Shown: piece by piece, positions 1-13,429 of the stretch
How positions within the stretch are numbered: the first letter of the stretch is position 1
Layout: each line of letters begins with the position of its first letter
NCBI RefSeq assembly: GCF_009914755.1
Contig: NC_060947.1
Source of the DNA: the human T2T-CHM13v2.0 reference genome, Homo sapiens
Direction: 5' to 3' (one strand)
Length of the DNA: 64,000 nt
Notes under the pieces: generated by a model
Told to the model about the DNA's origin: nothing
Databases searched by the model: none
The model's input: the letters and a program-made list of their open reading frames with translations, nothing else
Position numbers and translations under genes: made by a program

Positions 1-37
1 GTCATTAGTTTGCTAAGGATAATGGCCTCCAGCTCCA
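1..37 (-). mobile_element. L1 3' region fragment (runs off window)
   Basis: cattagtttgctaaggataatggcctccagctcca matches antisense primate L1 3' end; the same motif recurs at ~63573-63607. Confidence 0.7.
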
Positions 38-59
38 ATGGTATTCCAATAATTTTAAA

Positions 60-1400
60 AGAGACAAATCCTCAGAGTTATCACTTACAGTACCATATCC
101 CACAATGGTACTTCTCAATGATAAAATTCAAGTAGAAGTAAAGTAGTCCCAGAACGATGGCCTGAAGTATAAGAAAGGACTGAAGAACAAATAAAAAGGT
201 AAACATGCTGGTATACTATGTAAATATTTAGTGTGTAAAACAACAACAATAACAGTAGTAACCTGGATTAGGAGAAGTTAAAAACAACCATGATAAAACT
301 GAAGTCCTAAATACAAACATCATTTAAGGAACAAGAGACATGATAGGAGTTAATATTTTCTAAAGTCCCTGTTTCTCTGAAAATGGGAAAAATGATAAAT
401 CAATTTTAAACTTTGATAATCATTACAATAATGAGAAAGAAAAAAAGCAGTCCCTGACTGCTGTTAGCTCGGAGGAGGTCTGGCTAACACAGCAAGGCCA
501 TGGTGTTCTTTTGTTAAAACTGAACAATCTCACATAACAACAACACCAGGCAAGGCCACTCTGTGATTATGATTGAGCAATACAAAAGCAGGACCGCTTC
601 GTAATCATATCTGAGCGCAGGAAACACATGAACCTTGTCCAAACCACAAACATGACCAAACATTCTCCATCCTGGCTAATATATATGGCTGCTGCTTCTT
701 TACCAATGACAGTTTTAGCCCAGCTCCTTTCCTTCTGCCTTCTGGTTAAAACATCATTGTTTCCCAATCAGCGAATTGGCCCTACTTTCTGAGAGCATCC
801 AATCCAGACAAAGCCCATCCTCAAAATTACCTAAAACAAACCAAAATCCCATAACAAGCCCCACCTAACACTCTCATAACTGAGACACCTCACCATTCCT
901 CAGGATATGCTGTCCCCATCGTTGCCACAAGAAACCAAACTTTGTTTGACCACAGGTATATCCCTAGAGATCTTTGGTTGGAGGACACTGACAGCACTTT
1001 AAGATTATTAGGATAATCATTACAAACTAAAAATAGACTTTATTTCCAATCTAGTAGAGAGAAAAATGGGGAATGATGAAAAGGAAGAGAAACTAACAAT
1101 CCAAAAGGAAGTAAGAAATGGAAAAGGAAAAAGAACCAGAAAAAGGATAAATAGAACATATAAAATACTATAGTAGAAAAAATCCAAATATAGCAGTAAC
1201 CTTCACCAACATCAATTCATTAAAGTTTACAGACACAAGATAAAGATTATCATTTTACATAGGGAAAGCCTTAAAATAAACGATTGGATAAAGATATGAA
1301 GAAAAAAACATTCAAAAGAAAGCTGGCAAATCTAAACTAGTATTGGATAAAAATGAGTATAAGGGAGAAAGCAGTATAACGAGAAGTAAAGTAGAATTTG
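60..1400 (+). mobile_element. Old L1M (inter-ORF/ORF2 start) fragment, split by an LTR
   Basis: A-rich degenerate L1-like text; aatccaaatatagcagtaacc at ~1181 resembles the start of the ORF2 endonuclease region. Confidence 0.5.
455..993 (+). mobile_element. ERV1-class solo LTR (MER31/MER67-like)
   Basis: Starts TG, ends ...ccaaactttgtttgaccacagg...ttggttggaggacactgaca; ~540 bp; interrupts the L1M. Confidence 0.6.
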
Positions 1401-1404
1401 TAAG

Positions 1405-1580
1405 TGTGGGTGAAATGTTCACATAAAAGACTGTTAGTTATCTTCAGACGTGTGCTCTCTACTTCTTCCATAATTAAAAGCAATGTAATTTTAGCTACAC
1501 ACATTCCAGCCCTGAATAAAGATATTTACTAGTCTTTCTTGTGGCTAGATGTGGATGTAAGCAAAAGTAATGTGCGCTAT
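1405..1580 (+). mobile_element. MaLR LTR fragment (MLT1H/I/J-like)
   Basis: tttcttgtggctagatgtggatgtaagcaaaagtaatgtgcgc resembles the MLT1 5' half. Confidence 0.5.
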
Positions 1581-1629
1581 TAACACAGCAAAAGGTAATA
1601 AAACCATGATATTTATAGGGAACAATTAA

Positions 1630-2017
1630 AGAAATTTAAAGAAACTAGAGACTATTTGGTACAGATACAGGAAGAATCAGGGACAACACCCTAACTATTT
1701 TTAAATATGTGAAAGGCTGGCATATGGAAGAGGAATTAAGTTTGTTCTTTACGGCTTCAAAGAGTGTGTTTGCAAAAATAGGTCAACATTACAAAGAGGC
1801 AGAATTCAGCTAAATACAATAAAGATGTTCTGTTTATAAACCATTACAATTTCTACAGTAGGTCTGTAAATTCGAAGTTAGAATGAACTACTTTAAGGGT
1901 CTCAAACTAGGCCCAGAGTTTCTTATTAGGAATATTGTAGAAGGAAGTCAAGCATCAGTTGACTGGTTCTACTAGATAACCTATAGGCTCACCTCCAAGC
2001 TTAAGATTCTGTAACTC
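1630..2017 (+). mobile_element. CR1/L3 LINE 3' end
   Basis: aaatatgtgaaaggctggcatatggaagagg...ggcagaattcagctaaatacaat and terminal ctagataacctataggctcacctccaagcttaagattctgt match the L3 3' terminus. Confidence 0.75.
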
Positions 2018-2892
2018 TTGCTATTTAATTTAAACTCCATTCTTCAAAATGGCATCATGATGCAACAGCCAAATTCTGATAGTCTCTATATAAATAGAGA
2101 ACACTGAAGCAATTTCCCGGAAAACTCAGTCTCTATTATTTTTCCTGTAAAAGAGCACTTTACAGATGAATGAGTTCGATATTCACATGACTGAGACCCC
2201 TTTGCCAATGTCATTCCATTCCAAAAATACGTTATGGGATATATGTAGGGACAATAATTCCAAGGAGATCAGATAACATGTAGTCACACATTTCTCTGAA
2301 ATGTTAGAATTCTCTAATAAAGGATCAAGATTTAGTTAATTAACTGTAGTAACGGGTTAATGATTCAGAGGGTAGACAACTCCAAGTTCATTTTTATAAG
2401 GCCACTTTATGAATTGCATCAATGCTAACTTTCTTCTCTTATATTCTGATGTCATTTAATATACAGTACAGAACTAATAGCATCCCTTCCACCCTCCACT
2501 GTGGGACTGAGAATTTTTTTAAAAAAGATAAGCCACTAATAATGAGAAAAGATACAGTTGGGAAATGATTAGAAGCACTGTGCTTGTCTTTATTACTGCT
2601 TTATTTGGAATATCAACTTTTTTCGTCTTCCTTCTCTTCAAAACAAATGAAACCTCTGTCCATGTGCAAAAGCCGTCTACATAAATATGAACTATTAAAA
2701 ATCTTACATTCAATACTTCCCATGTTTTGACCACAACTCAACTTGGTTTTCCAATAGGTCTCAATAAAAGTTTGTTGAATGATTTAGCATGCCCACACTC
2801 TATTTTTCATCATGTGAATGTTCCAGGTCTAATCTTGACCAGTTTATTTTGAATGATTGGACAAAAATATTACAGATATACTTACGAACCAG

Positions 2893-3266
2893 ATATCATT
2901 TGTTGATTCTAGGCAGTATTCCCACCCCTCTATAACTCTTTCCTATACCACTTGGGGATAAAGTCTGGAAACTACATTTCCCAGATTCCATTGCCAGCAG
3001 GGTTTTAGCTAGAACCTACCAATGAGAGGCAGCTGCAAGAGATTCACATTGCACTAGACATGGAGAGCATAATTTTTCTCTGGCAACTGCACTGAGGAAC
3101 ATGGGCACCAGCAGATGGTAAATTTCCTGAAATCCATCCCCCTGACTTTTACTCCCTCAGCCTTCAACAATTGTGTGAGCCTCTAATTTCCAATATTAAA
3201 CTTCTTCCTGCTGGAAATACCTAGAGAAGCTGCTGTTTTCCTGACCAAGCCTGAGCCAACGATCTA
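2893..3266 (+). mobile_element. LTR33-like ERVL solo LTR (internally deleted)
   Basis: ctggaaactacatttcccagattccattgccagcaggg...ccaatgagagg and attaaacttcttcctgctggaaatacctagag...gttttcctgac. Confidence 0.7.
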
Positions 3267-5104
3267 AGAGGCATGCATAATCAAGAACAAGAAAGGTAAA
3301 TAACAGTATCCACCAGTGCTTTTTAAAAGAGTCTTGACAGCAGTGACTTGTAGTCAGAGCTGAATTTTGACAATTGGATTAAATATTGAGATTCAGAAAC
3401 ATGGGACTGGTAATAGAACAGCTGAGCAAACTCTGTTGAACCTCTTCCTTGCTGCCAAGACAAAACAGACACAAATAGACAGATTCTGCAATATGATTAG
3501 CGGAACTTTTCAAGTTATAAAAAATGGATCATCATAAATATTCCAAAAACCTAGACAAGATGTCAGACCCCTTTCAAATAAATGCGATCACAAACAAGAT
3601 GATAAATTAGGCAAATGTTGAGCTTAACAGCCTAAGTCACTGCCAAAAGTTAGGCTTATTCCTATAACAAAAGACTCTGGTGGCTATGTTAACGGATGAC
3701 TCCCTTGCTATTATTTCATTTCAAGGATTTAATTATTTGCATCCTCTCAGATTTCAGGAAATGCCAACTATTTTTAGATGCTGCAAATGTTACTGAACAT
3801 GGGTCCCTGAGAGCTTGGGCAATATACTCAAATTTTCCTTAATATACGCATTCACAGAAACAAGTCAACTCCTCAACTCAACAAGTCAACTCCACAGACT
3901 CCTGGCTTGTGGAGTTTTTCTGCACACACACAAAAGAACATTTTAAGCTTTTAGAGCTTTCAATCAGAAAAAGATATAAAAATCACTTGGTACTAGAGTA
4001 ATTTTAAAATCTACGTAGACTCTAAGCCATCTTTCTAATGCAGAGTTTCCATCCCACGTCATACCAAATGTATTATAATACACTCATATCCCACAGTTAT
4101 TATAAATGTTTTGCTATATAATATTTAGAGGAGTTTTATAATTTTAGTTTTGATATTATTCACACTTGTATCATTAATTTATTATTGGTTGCAATATCTC
4201 ATCAATCACGCTGCATATTGGAGAACTGTATCAAATCAAATTTCAGTAGTTTTCAAATGTAGTTAAGTTTTCGAAGACTGCCAAAAGTTAACAGTTAATA
4301 AACTTAACTTGATAGCACATCTTGGAGATATTCACTGAAATGGAACTTTTGACTTTGCAGTTTTTATTTTTATATTTTAGAGCCAATAATATTTTTTTTC
4401 GTATCTCAGACATTTCAGAAGCCTTTAATAACCTGCTTAGCATAAGACATGGGACCATCAATAAACAATCTGCAGCTTGGGCTGAGAGCATAAATTCACA
4501 TGGTCATCTAACTAACAACTGAGAAGTCAGGTTCTCTTCTTCCCACTAGAAAAAGGGATAAGAGGAAATTGATTTGTCTGTCCCTCTTTCTTTGCAATCT
4601 ATTTAGAAATCCACCTAGCCTCTGATATTGTCCTGAAATCAATGTCTCCACTCCCACATCTCACAGGGCAGAGGTGCCCTCCCTCCTACCTGGCTACTAC
4701 GTGAATCCCTGGCATCTTCTGGCCACCTCCTACCAGGCATCAGAGCTTCACTGAGCCCAGTTTGGCTAATGAGAAGTTGGAAGACATCAACAAGGGTCTA
4801 GAGTTCAGAACACTGTCACTATTCAGATGGAAGCACCTAGTTAAACTGACAGTCCTCCTGGCTGACACCACAAGCCTTTTTCTGCCATTTCACTAACTTT
4901 CTGAGAGAGCAGGTGTTTTTATCATTGTCTTCCAGTGTAGACAAATTGGTTTCATCACCTAATAATCATCGCTTTTATAAGAGGAATGTCTGGATGGAGA
5001 TCAGTTTCAATGATAAATGTTATTCTTCTCCATCTATTTATTCATCTTTCTAGCACAATAGCAGCTAACAGGAGTCTCTCCTCTTATGAGAGGGAACTTT
5101 TATC

Positions 5105-5310
5105 AAAAAGCTACTTTGTGCCTGGCACTGTGCTACATGCATCATATACATTCAAATATAGTTATAAAATGCAATTAACTAAGTACTTTCATTGTCCCTA
5201 TACATAAAAGCAAAACAAAGTTATCAGCTCACAAGTAGCCATTTTCTATTCCTTTGTTATGAATCCAAACCCTCTTGATATCAAACCCATCTATGTCCCA
5301 CTACATCACC
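5105..5310 (-). mobile_element. MIR
   Basis: ctactttgtgcctggcactgtgcta...atgaatccaaaccc...ccactacatcac, antisense MIR. Confidence 0.6.
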
Positions 5311-5924
5311 CACTACCCCTGTTTAGAAAGCACTTTCAAATGCATTATCTCTTTTTACAACAAACATAAGCCCATCATTTTAAAGGAATTGGGAGTTGTA
5401 ATTAAAGTATTAATTTTTAATGAACTATTTTCAATGTTCTGATATAAAAGGTATTGCATGAACTCCACGAGACCATCCATTACAAATCTTTAGGCCGATA
5501 GACTACATTTCAGAGTTATTTCCTTCCTGAACCTGCTTTAGTCAGATACAGAGGACATTTCAATAGTTTGAACCAAATAAAAATGTTTTGCTATTATTCA
5601 GTAAGTCAAGGTATTATAATGGCCTCATGAACTATTCCAAAGATAGCAGCATTACCATACTGTAGATGCTATATGAGAAACAAAGAAACAGACTTGATGA
5701 AGTCTATTTTAAAATCATTATTAGTTGATGAAACCAATTTGTGCTACCCTGGAAGGCAATTATCAAGAAGGCTGCTCCCTCAGAAAGGTGATGAAATAGC
5801 AAAAAAGGCCAATGGTGTCAGCAAGGAGGGCCATCCGCTTAACAATTATATATTTCTTACTAATATAATTTTATTATATATATTTTTATATAAGAATATA
5901 TTTTAAATGGTTACATATAATAAA

Positions 5925-6660
5925 AAAAATCAGGCTAACATCAGACGTATCTACAAACAGTAAAAGACAAGCAATTTCTAGTAAGTTTTATGAAAAATAT
6001 GATTTCAAATTTTATAGCCAAGTAAATGTTGACTTATGGGTAAGGGCATCAAAAAGTGTTTGCAAGTGTTGAAAGGCAGACAACATGTAATATTCATGTG
6101 TTGTTTCTGAATAAAATATTTTTGTTTTTTTCAAACTTACTGAAATTAAATGAAAAATAAAAGATCAAGAAGGAAAAGGACACGGAATAAAGCATTTGAA
6201 AATGAACATCAAAGCCAGTTAATAGAGAAATGTATAAATAATTGTTTATAATAGAATTATAAATTAGAACTCAAACGTTACAAGTAACTCTTCAAGGAAA
6301 ATATCTTAATTGTCAAAATATATTATAACAATAATATAACACTGAAAATACATTTAACAAGACCAAGAAGGAAAGAGGTAAATAAATAGGGAAAGTGAAA
6401 CATGTTAAGTCTTGTCTCAAAGACAGAGGAATGAAATGCCAAAAATTTAATTTCACCATGACAGATACATAGAAGAAGTGTTAAGGAATGATTTTGAAAT
6501 AAAGTTAACTAGTAGAAAAATTATACTTAAAATAATTTACAACTTAATTTTTACACAAAATAGTATCCAAAGCAAAACATATATAATAAGAAAAAAACAT
6601 TTTAGAATGGAAAAGTTTACAGTTTATAATGTTATAAATATCACGAACCTTCACTGGAAA
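5925..6660 (+). mobile_element. Ancient L1M/HAL1 ORF1 C-terminal region
   Basis: atcaggctaacatcagac encodes IRLTSD, an ORF1p motif; followed by A-rich L1-like sequence. Confidence 0.5.
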
Positions 6661-7026
6661 TTGTGACTCAGAGCTCTGTATGTGTCTGTATAGAACATAT
6701 AAACTGGCCACCTTTACTGTATAAGAAAGACAAGTATGTAAAAGAGAAATCATTGTCAGTCTTACGAACCTCCACGTGCTAGAGTTGGGGAAGATTTTAC
6801 TTATGGGTCAGCAATATGCACCCTGGAAGCCCCAGATATTTTGGTCTACAGCATTAGAGACAAGACTTCCGACGTTTGAATTCTAACTCCTCCTTTTTCC
6901 AGCAACTACCTTTCATTACAACAAATACAAGCCCCTGCTCCCAAAATGCGTTAAGCCCCCATCCCCTAAATAAATACATATGTACTGAGGTAAACTAAAA
7001 TGGTCCCCTATTTGTCTTGTCCTTCA

Positions 7027-7028
<2 letters not shown>

Positions 7029-7084
<56 letters not shown>
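7029..7084. repeat. (GT)28 microsatellite
   Basis: Perfect dinucleotide run. Confidence 0.98.
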
Positions 7085-7087
<3 letters not shown>

Positions 7088-7099
7088 TATCCAGGAGGA

Positions 7100-7420
7100 C
7101 AGATGGGTAAAGAAGCTTCAGTTGTTCTTCAATTAATCTTCCAATTTCATCCCCACTTTTCACTTCTGCCCTCTACTCTGTCTGCTAATCCTCTGGAGCC
7201 CCTGTAGAGCATGTAGGTAGTATTTATAAGTAGACCTGCTCCCATCTGCTTTCTAATTCCCAGAGATTTGCTGAAATTTCTCATCCTTTACTGGGACTCT
7301 CTTTGCCACCATGTCATTATTATTTTCATGATTGATTGATTTTTTATTGTTGTAGGGTTGTCTCAGGAGAAAGAGGATGCAAATGTACGTGCTTAGGTCA
7401 CCATCTTGAACCTGAAGAAA
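7100..7420 (-). mobile_element. Ancient L1M/HAL1 5' end fragment
   Basis: Ends ggtcaccatcttgaacctgaag, the antisense of a caagatgg-type L1 5' terminus. Confidence 0.45.
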
Positions 7421-7771
7421 CTTACAGTGCTCTTAGAAGATATCTCTTGTGATGAGGAAAGTTTACTTGTTTGTTTTTAATCCGAGGTTAAGATTTCAAT
7501 CAGGTGGACTTATCTTTTTTAAAAATTCAGGTAAATTAAATTACTTTTAATGTAAAACTACCTGTACAATTAATCCCAATGTGATTCAGTCCTTTCCTCC
7601 CTCCCAGGCTCCCTTTCTTCTTTCCTTCCTTCATGTTTCTTTCTCTCTATCTGTATTGCCATCTATGTATCTAATCTATGTAGATAGAAAAATATTAGGG
7701 GTTAGAATTTTTGCCCCGAGTATTAGGATTTTAGTTTGTTATTTCTAGTTTTTCTTATCTTAAAATGATTA

Positions 7772-8370
<599 letters not shown>

Positions 8371-8619
8371 TAAGCATATTTCTGGTTTGAAAGAGAGAGA
8401 GAAAGAAAGAAGCGGGTGGGGAGAACACAAACACATTCATGCACGCTGGGATAAAATAACAATATTTATGACAGTAATCAATACTACTTTAAAAGATGCT
8501 GGAATTTTTGTATTTTTCTTCATAATATACCTCGAATATTTGAATATTTGAATATTTTAAAACTACCTTTATAAAATCCTCTCTTCCTACTATTTTTCTT
8601 GCCATTCTTTTTCCCCTAG

Positions 8620-9480
8620 CAGTACAGCCATCACTAAACATATTCCACCTATTTGATGACAGTTAAAAGTACATAGAAACATCTTACATTTTTTGTTATA
8701 CTGAGTATATATCAAATGTTTTTAAAAATAACATTTCTTGTGGTGATGATAGCCTCCACAAAACAAGCAAATTGTACTGATCCACAGCAATCATACTTTT
8801 CATTAAATTGCAAACATTTCATATAATCTCAGCATTCAAACTAATTCAAGTAGATTTGGTGAATATTCTTCTCTGGACCCCATTACCAGACACTAGTTCT
8901 ATTTCTACTTTTGTGTCAGATTGCTTGTCTTACACACACTTTCCTCAATGACATTAGCAATATCACAGATGTTAATAAGCTTTTTACAGATAATCTCAAT
9001 TTCTCTCATATTTGATGCCATAAGTTTCTTTGAATGATTTTATACATGTATTTTCATCATGATTTGGTTATCTTGGCTTAAACAGTAAAGGATGTCTGCA
9101 AAATCCTAGAATTCCATAGAACAGAGTTTGATAGCAATTTCTCTAAAGGCTCCCAAATATATTTTTCATAGTTTTCTAATTTCTGTAATAAATAATTGTC
9201 AGAGGTCCACTCTTTCTCTATGTCTTCAGGAGGATATTGTCTTTCACATTTGTTTTGGCAACTTCTTTTCTGTAAGTCCCAGCTGTTTTATTTATCTTTC
9301 CCATTTATTTAGAGGATCTGTAGTTTTTCTTTGGCCATCAATCTGTCTGCTCGGGTACTAGTCAAATTTCTATCTTATATCTATAGATGAAATGGTAAAT
9401 TGGTGATATCCACAGTCCTTCATCTAGCAACCTTTTTGCAGTCCTTTTGTGGTTACTGAAACACACTCTCTATTGTCCTC
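8620..9480 (-). mobile_element. Fossil hAT (Tip100/Zaphod/Arthur-like) transposase fragment
   Basis: Minus-strand translation gives, in the expected order, FYGIL-DFADI (~9120-9090), VSGNGVQRRI..SLN (~8893-8835) and SSNRWN (~8660-8641), with frameshifts and stops. Confidence 0.6.
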
Positions 9481-9919
9481 ACTCCCTTGCATCTTTAAGA
9501 AGAAGGAATAAATAATAATGAATTGATAATAATAAACTAAAAATTTTAACATATGCTGTCACTGGAGAACTCTTATTTCAGACCTATCTTTGTCCGTTTA
9601 GACTGTATTTCCACAGACGTGTTTGTCACGGCCACCTCCCCCCCTTGCTATTCAATTATTCTCTTGGAGTTATAGGATTATAAAGAGATATAGGAAGAAA
9701 AGTACTAACAGGAATGGGGAGCAGTGAAAGGCATTCACACCAGCCTACAAAAGTGCAGCCACTCTATAGAATGGCATCCTCATTTCTGATTAATACAATC
9801 CTTGAGCTTCTGGGCAGCAGATGTGTGGGAAGGGAGATTCAGATTCTACCCAGAGTCAAGGGGTCTTTCTACCTACCTGCTCTTCATGACCAGAATTCTG
9901 CTCTACCTTTCTAGAATTG

Positions 9920-10430
9920 CCTCCCACCATCACTCCCTCTCAAATGCTCCCTGGCCCAATTAGCTTGAACCACATGTCCTTCCTCTAATATCCTATTTCC
10001 TGCTAAAGGAGCTCAGGGAAGGCTTTTCTCTTGTTTACCATTATATTCCCCGCACTGAAGTTTGCCTGGTATATAGTAATAGCTCCACAAATATTTCTGA
10101 AGCAATAAATGAACACTTCTATGCCTTTTCTCTTGTCTATTTTTCCTTTACTACCCTTTCCCTCACTTTTCTGTGAGACAGGAGCCTTCTCTTTATCAAA
10201 ATTAGCTTGTGCCATCTCCTGTGAAGATCATACGGAACATCTCCAAACAATGTTAGGTGTTTTCTCATCTATTATAATATATATCGTAGTATTATAATTG
10301 TTCACTTGCAAATCTAATTTACCCACTAGCCTATCAGCCTGAGGGCAGTAACAATATTAATTTTATCTTTATGACCCCAAGCATGATGATACTTAGTAAG
10401 TGCTTAATAACCAATTGCCGGATGAAGTCT
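9920..10430 (+). mobile_element. L2 3'-end fragments (two)
   Basis: gcctggtatatagtaatagctccacaaatatttctgaagcaataaatgaa and cttagtaagtgcttaataaccaattgccggatgaa L2 termini. Confidence 0.6.
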
Positions 10431-10487
10431 TCTAAACCAAAATTTATTGTTCTTTGATACTAATAACAATAAAATAATAAGTGTTTA

Positions 10488-10720
10488 CTGTGACATGTGG
10501 TTAAAAGCCAGACAAGCAGAGACTGAATCCCAGCTCTGACCCTTACAAAGTGTTATCTTCTTGGGCATCTTGTCTAGTCTCTGTTACTCATTTTTCTCAT
10601 CTGTAAAAGGGAGATGATAATAATAGTACCTGCCTGATATAATTGAATTAACTAACATATAGAAAGGTATTAGGATAGTGTCTGCCATCTAGAAAACATT
10701 CAATATCGATTAGCTATACT
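10488..10720 (+). mobile_element. MIR
   Basis: gaatcccagctctgacc...tttctcatctgtaaaagggagatgataataatagtacc MIR core. Confidence 0.75.
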
Positions 10721-10727
10721 GTTATAT

Positions 10728-10900
10728 ACTCACAATGTAACAGATCCTATGTAAGGTACTTTACCATAAAAATTTGTTCCTCACAGCAATGCTAAAGGTA
10801 TTATTTCAAAGATCATAAGACTAAAGCAAAGAGATATTAATCGATTTGCTCAAGATGACAGAATTATTGTGTTAAAATCTGCCTACTACCTAACTTCACA
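10728..10900 (-). mobile_element. MIR
   Basis: tcctcacagcaat...gatttgctcaagatgacaga antisense MIR. Confidence 0.5.
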
Positions 10901-11019
10901 CCACACAAATTTCTACAAGATCTTGAACATGCATCTGAGTCTACATTCTATGAGTCACAAATTATTCTATTTCTTTGAAAAATCTTGTTTCATCTCCACC
11001 ATATGTAATGTACAGGCTG

Positions 11020-11280
11020 CAAAGCATTATATTTGAGAGCTGGCTGGGGTGCTACAGTCAGACTAACCGAGGTTCTAATCCTGGCCTGAACGTTTTACTA
11101 GCTAGTGATCTTAGCAAGTTTCTGAACCTCTCTACGCCTGAGGTTCCTTTTGGTAAATTGAGCATAATAATATCAACCCCCAAAGATTATTTATTCTGAG
11201 GATCAAATGAGATTAAATATGTGTAACATGCTTAGCAAAATGCCTGGTGCACTCAAAGTTCAATAAAAGTAAGTTGTCAT
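11020..11280 (+). mobile_element. MIR
   Basis: ggttctaatcctggc...gtgatcttagcaagtttctgaacctctct...gaggatcaaatgagat...caataaaag. Confidence 0.8.
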
Positions 11281-11699
11281 CTACCCCTGTTGTCGACCTC
11301 ATTTATTTCATTAGTTTCTGATTGCATTTTAGAACTTTTGCATCTCATTTACAAATTCTGGGGGTTTACCTTCTTTTTCAGAGTATTTCTCTGAACACCA
11401 CCACCTCCCTCTTAGGCTAAGTTAGGTATGCCTTTTCCTATTCCCTCGCAGGATGTGAAATATACCGCTATTTTCTGAACAGCAGCAGATGGGAAATGAT
11501 CCCTGGATTCTCCCCTTATGGATGACAAGGGAAAGAGAGAAAAAACCTATTTTAAAAAACAACATCCAACTGCATAATAAAGTATCTATGAACCATTCCA
11601 TTATCTTGATCTATGTGTGTCCCCAGAACTCAGGCTGCTTGCTCTAGGAAAGATGGTACCAGCACCACTCAGTCTCAATATGCAGCAACACCATCAGAT

Positions 11700-12122
11700 A
11701 GCAATGTGTTGATGAACATGTAATAATAGTCAACTCTCCAGGAAAAAAAAAGTCCGAATTTGTAGACTGCCAATTTCTGTGGTGTAAATGTTCCGACCCT
11801 GGCCAATTTCAAGTTACCAGCATTATATCACTGAATATGGAGTTGGGAAGAGACGTGCAATAGCACCCCTTATGTAGTATTTCTACCATACACAGAAAAC
11901 AGATGTAAATAACCTCAAGATCATGGATAATAGTAAAATGAAGTCAGATAACTAGGACTTAATGAGTTGTGAGTATTAATTCCATTTTTATAAAATAATG
12001 TATTAATTATGTCTATATAATTTCATTCTTGTTGGCTGTGCTTAAAAGCCTGCTCCCAAAACTCCTGATAATGTAGCAGTGTCTCTCAAAAGCTGGTACA
12101 AGCTGACCCCAGCACACCAATG
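11700..12122 (+). mobile_element. MER63B-like hAT-Blackjack MITE
   Basis: Ends agctgaccccagcacaccaatg; internal ctgaatatggagttgggaagagacgtgcaa. Confidence 0.7.
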
Positions 12123-12153
12123 CCTTTGGAGGTAAGAATGAAGCATCCTGGAC

Positions 12154-12888
12154 AGAGGAAGATTGAAGCTTATATAATGTAGGGCCTTCGTTAAGAAAAA
12201 ATATGATGCTTAATTAGATTTTTAAAAACTAAAATATAATATATTTAAAAAACATATTTTAAAATGTTTAAAAAATAAAAATATATTTAAAATAAAAAAT
12301 AAATATTTATCTAGAAGTGAATTCATTGAGAAGAGAATATTTTAAATACCCACAGCCACTCCAGCACCCCTAACAGGAAGGGACGTGTGGGGAATGAACT
12401 CAGAATGGAAAGAGACAGCAGCATTAACCAGCTGTACCTAAAATATCTGACTTTTGCAAATGTTTCAAAAACATATGATTTATGTCAAACTGTTGCTAGA
12501 ACTTTTCCCAGGGACTTGAGGCTCACACAAGAAATGAGCACAGGCCGGGCATGGTAGCTAACGCCTGTAATCCCAGCACTTTGGGAGGCTGAGGCGGGTG
12601 GATCACGACAAAGTCAGGAGTTCGAGACCAGCCTGGCGAACATGGTGAAACCCTGTATCTGCTAAAAATACAAAAATCAGCCGATGCAGTGGTGGTGGGC
12701 GCCTGTAGTCCCAGCTACTCGGGAGGCTGAGGCAGGAGAATTGCTTAAACCTGGCAGGCAGAGGTTGCCAGTGAGCCAAGATCGTGCCACTGCACTCCAA
12801 CCTGGGTGACAGAGCAAGACTCCAGCTCAGGGAAAAAAAAAAAAAAAAATGGAAGAAAGAAATGAGCACGATGGTAAGCCTATCTCTG
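12154..12888. mobile_element. hAT-Tip100-like MITE (ORSL-like), interrupted by an Alu
   Basis: Termini cagaggaagattgaagcttata... and ...atggtaagcctatctctg are imperfect inverted repeats. Confidence 0.45.
12543..12856 (+). mobile_element. AluS (Sg-like), full length
   Basis: Dimeric Alu with A tail; TSD aagaaatgagcac at 12529-12541 and 12857-12869. Confidence 0.95.
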
Positions 12889-12986
12889 ACTCTGAGCAAT
12901 CAGGACTGAGCTACTTCAGTTATTTAGGTATCAGTGAGGGTACTATATACCCTGGTAAGTTATGAACCTCTGGAGAACCTTAGAAA

Positions 12987-13305
12987 CAGCAGGCTGCAAA
13001 CTGATCTATTTACAGGAACCAACAGGTCACGTGAATGCCTGAAGTAGGTCTGTGGGAGCTTGTAGCTAATAAAGGGGCACATTTTTTGTTGAAAGCGAGT
13101 GCCAGCTGCTAAGCTCAGGGTGCTTTTTGTCATGGTGTACTATGGGCCCAGTATTACCAAATATTCTGATATTTCAGTAGAAACCAGAAATCTGGAATTT
13201 TATGTAAAATCTCCTGACTTTTAAATGCTGGCAAGTAATACAATTAAAAAAAAAAAAATCCTGAAGGTCAAACAAAACTGGGGCTGCCAATTTTCAGACT
13301 CCGCC
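12987..13305 (+). mobile_element. MER102-like hAT-Charlie MITE
   Basis: ccagaaatctggaattttatgtaaaatctcctgacttttaaatgctggcaa...ggtcaaacaaaac. Confidence 0.65.
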
Positions 13306-13429
13306 TTAGATAATGAAGAATAAATAAATAATGAGTGCATTCCTTTGTTTACATCTTTCACCCTGTCTATCTCCCACCTCTTACTCCTGGGAGCTGGGGA
13401 AATAAACACTATAATAACAATTATTAGGC

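Noticed and set aside
4322-4522. Possible exon after tttttatattttag
   Set aside because: No convincing donor and no recognisable peptide.
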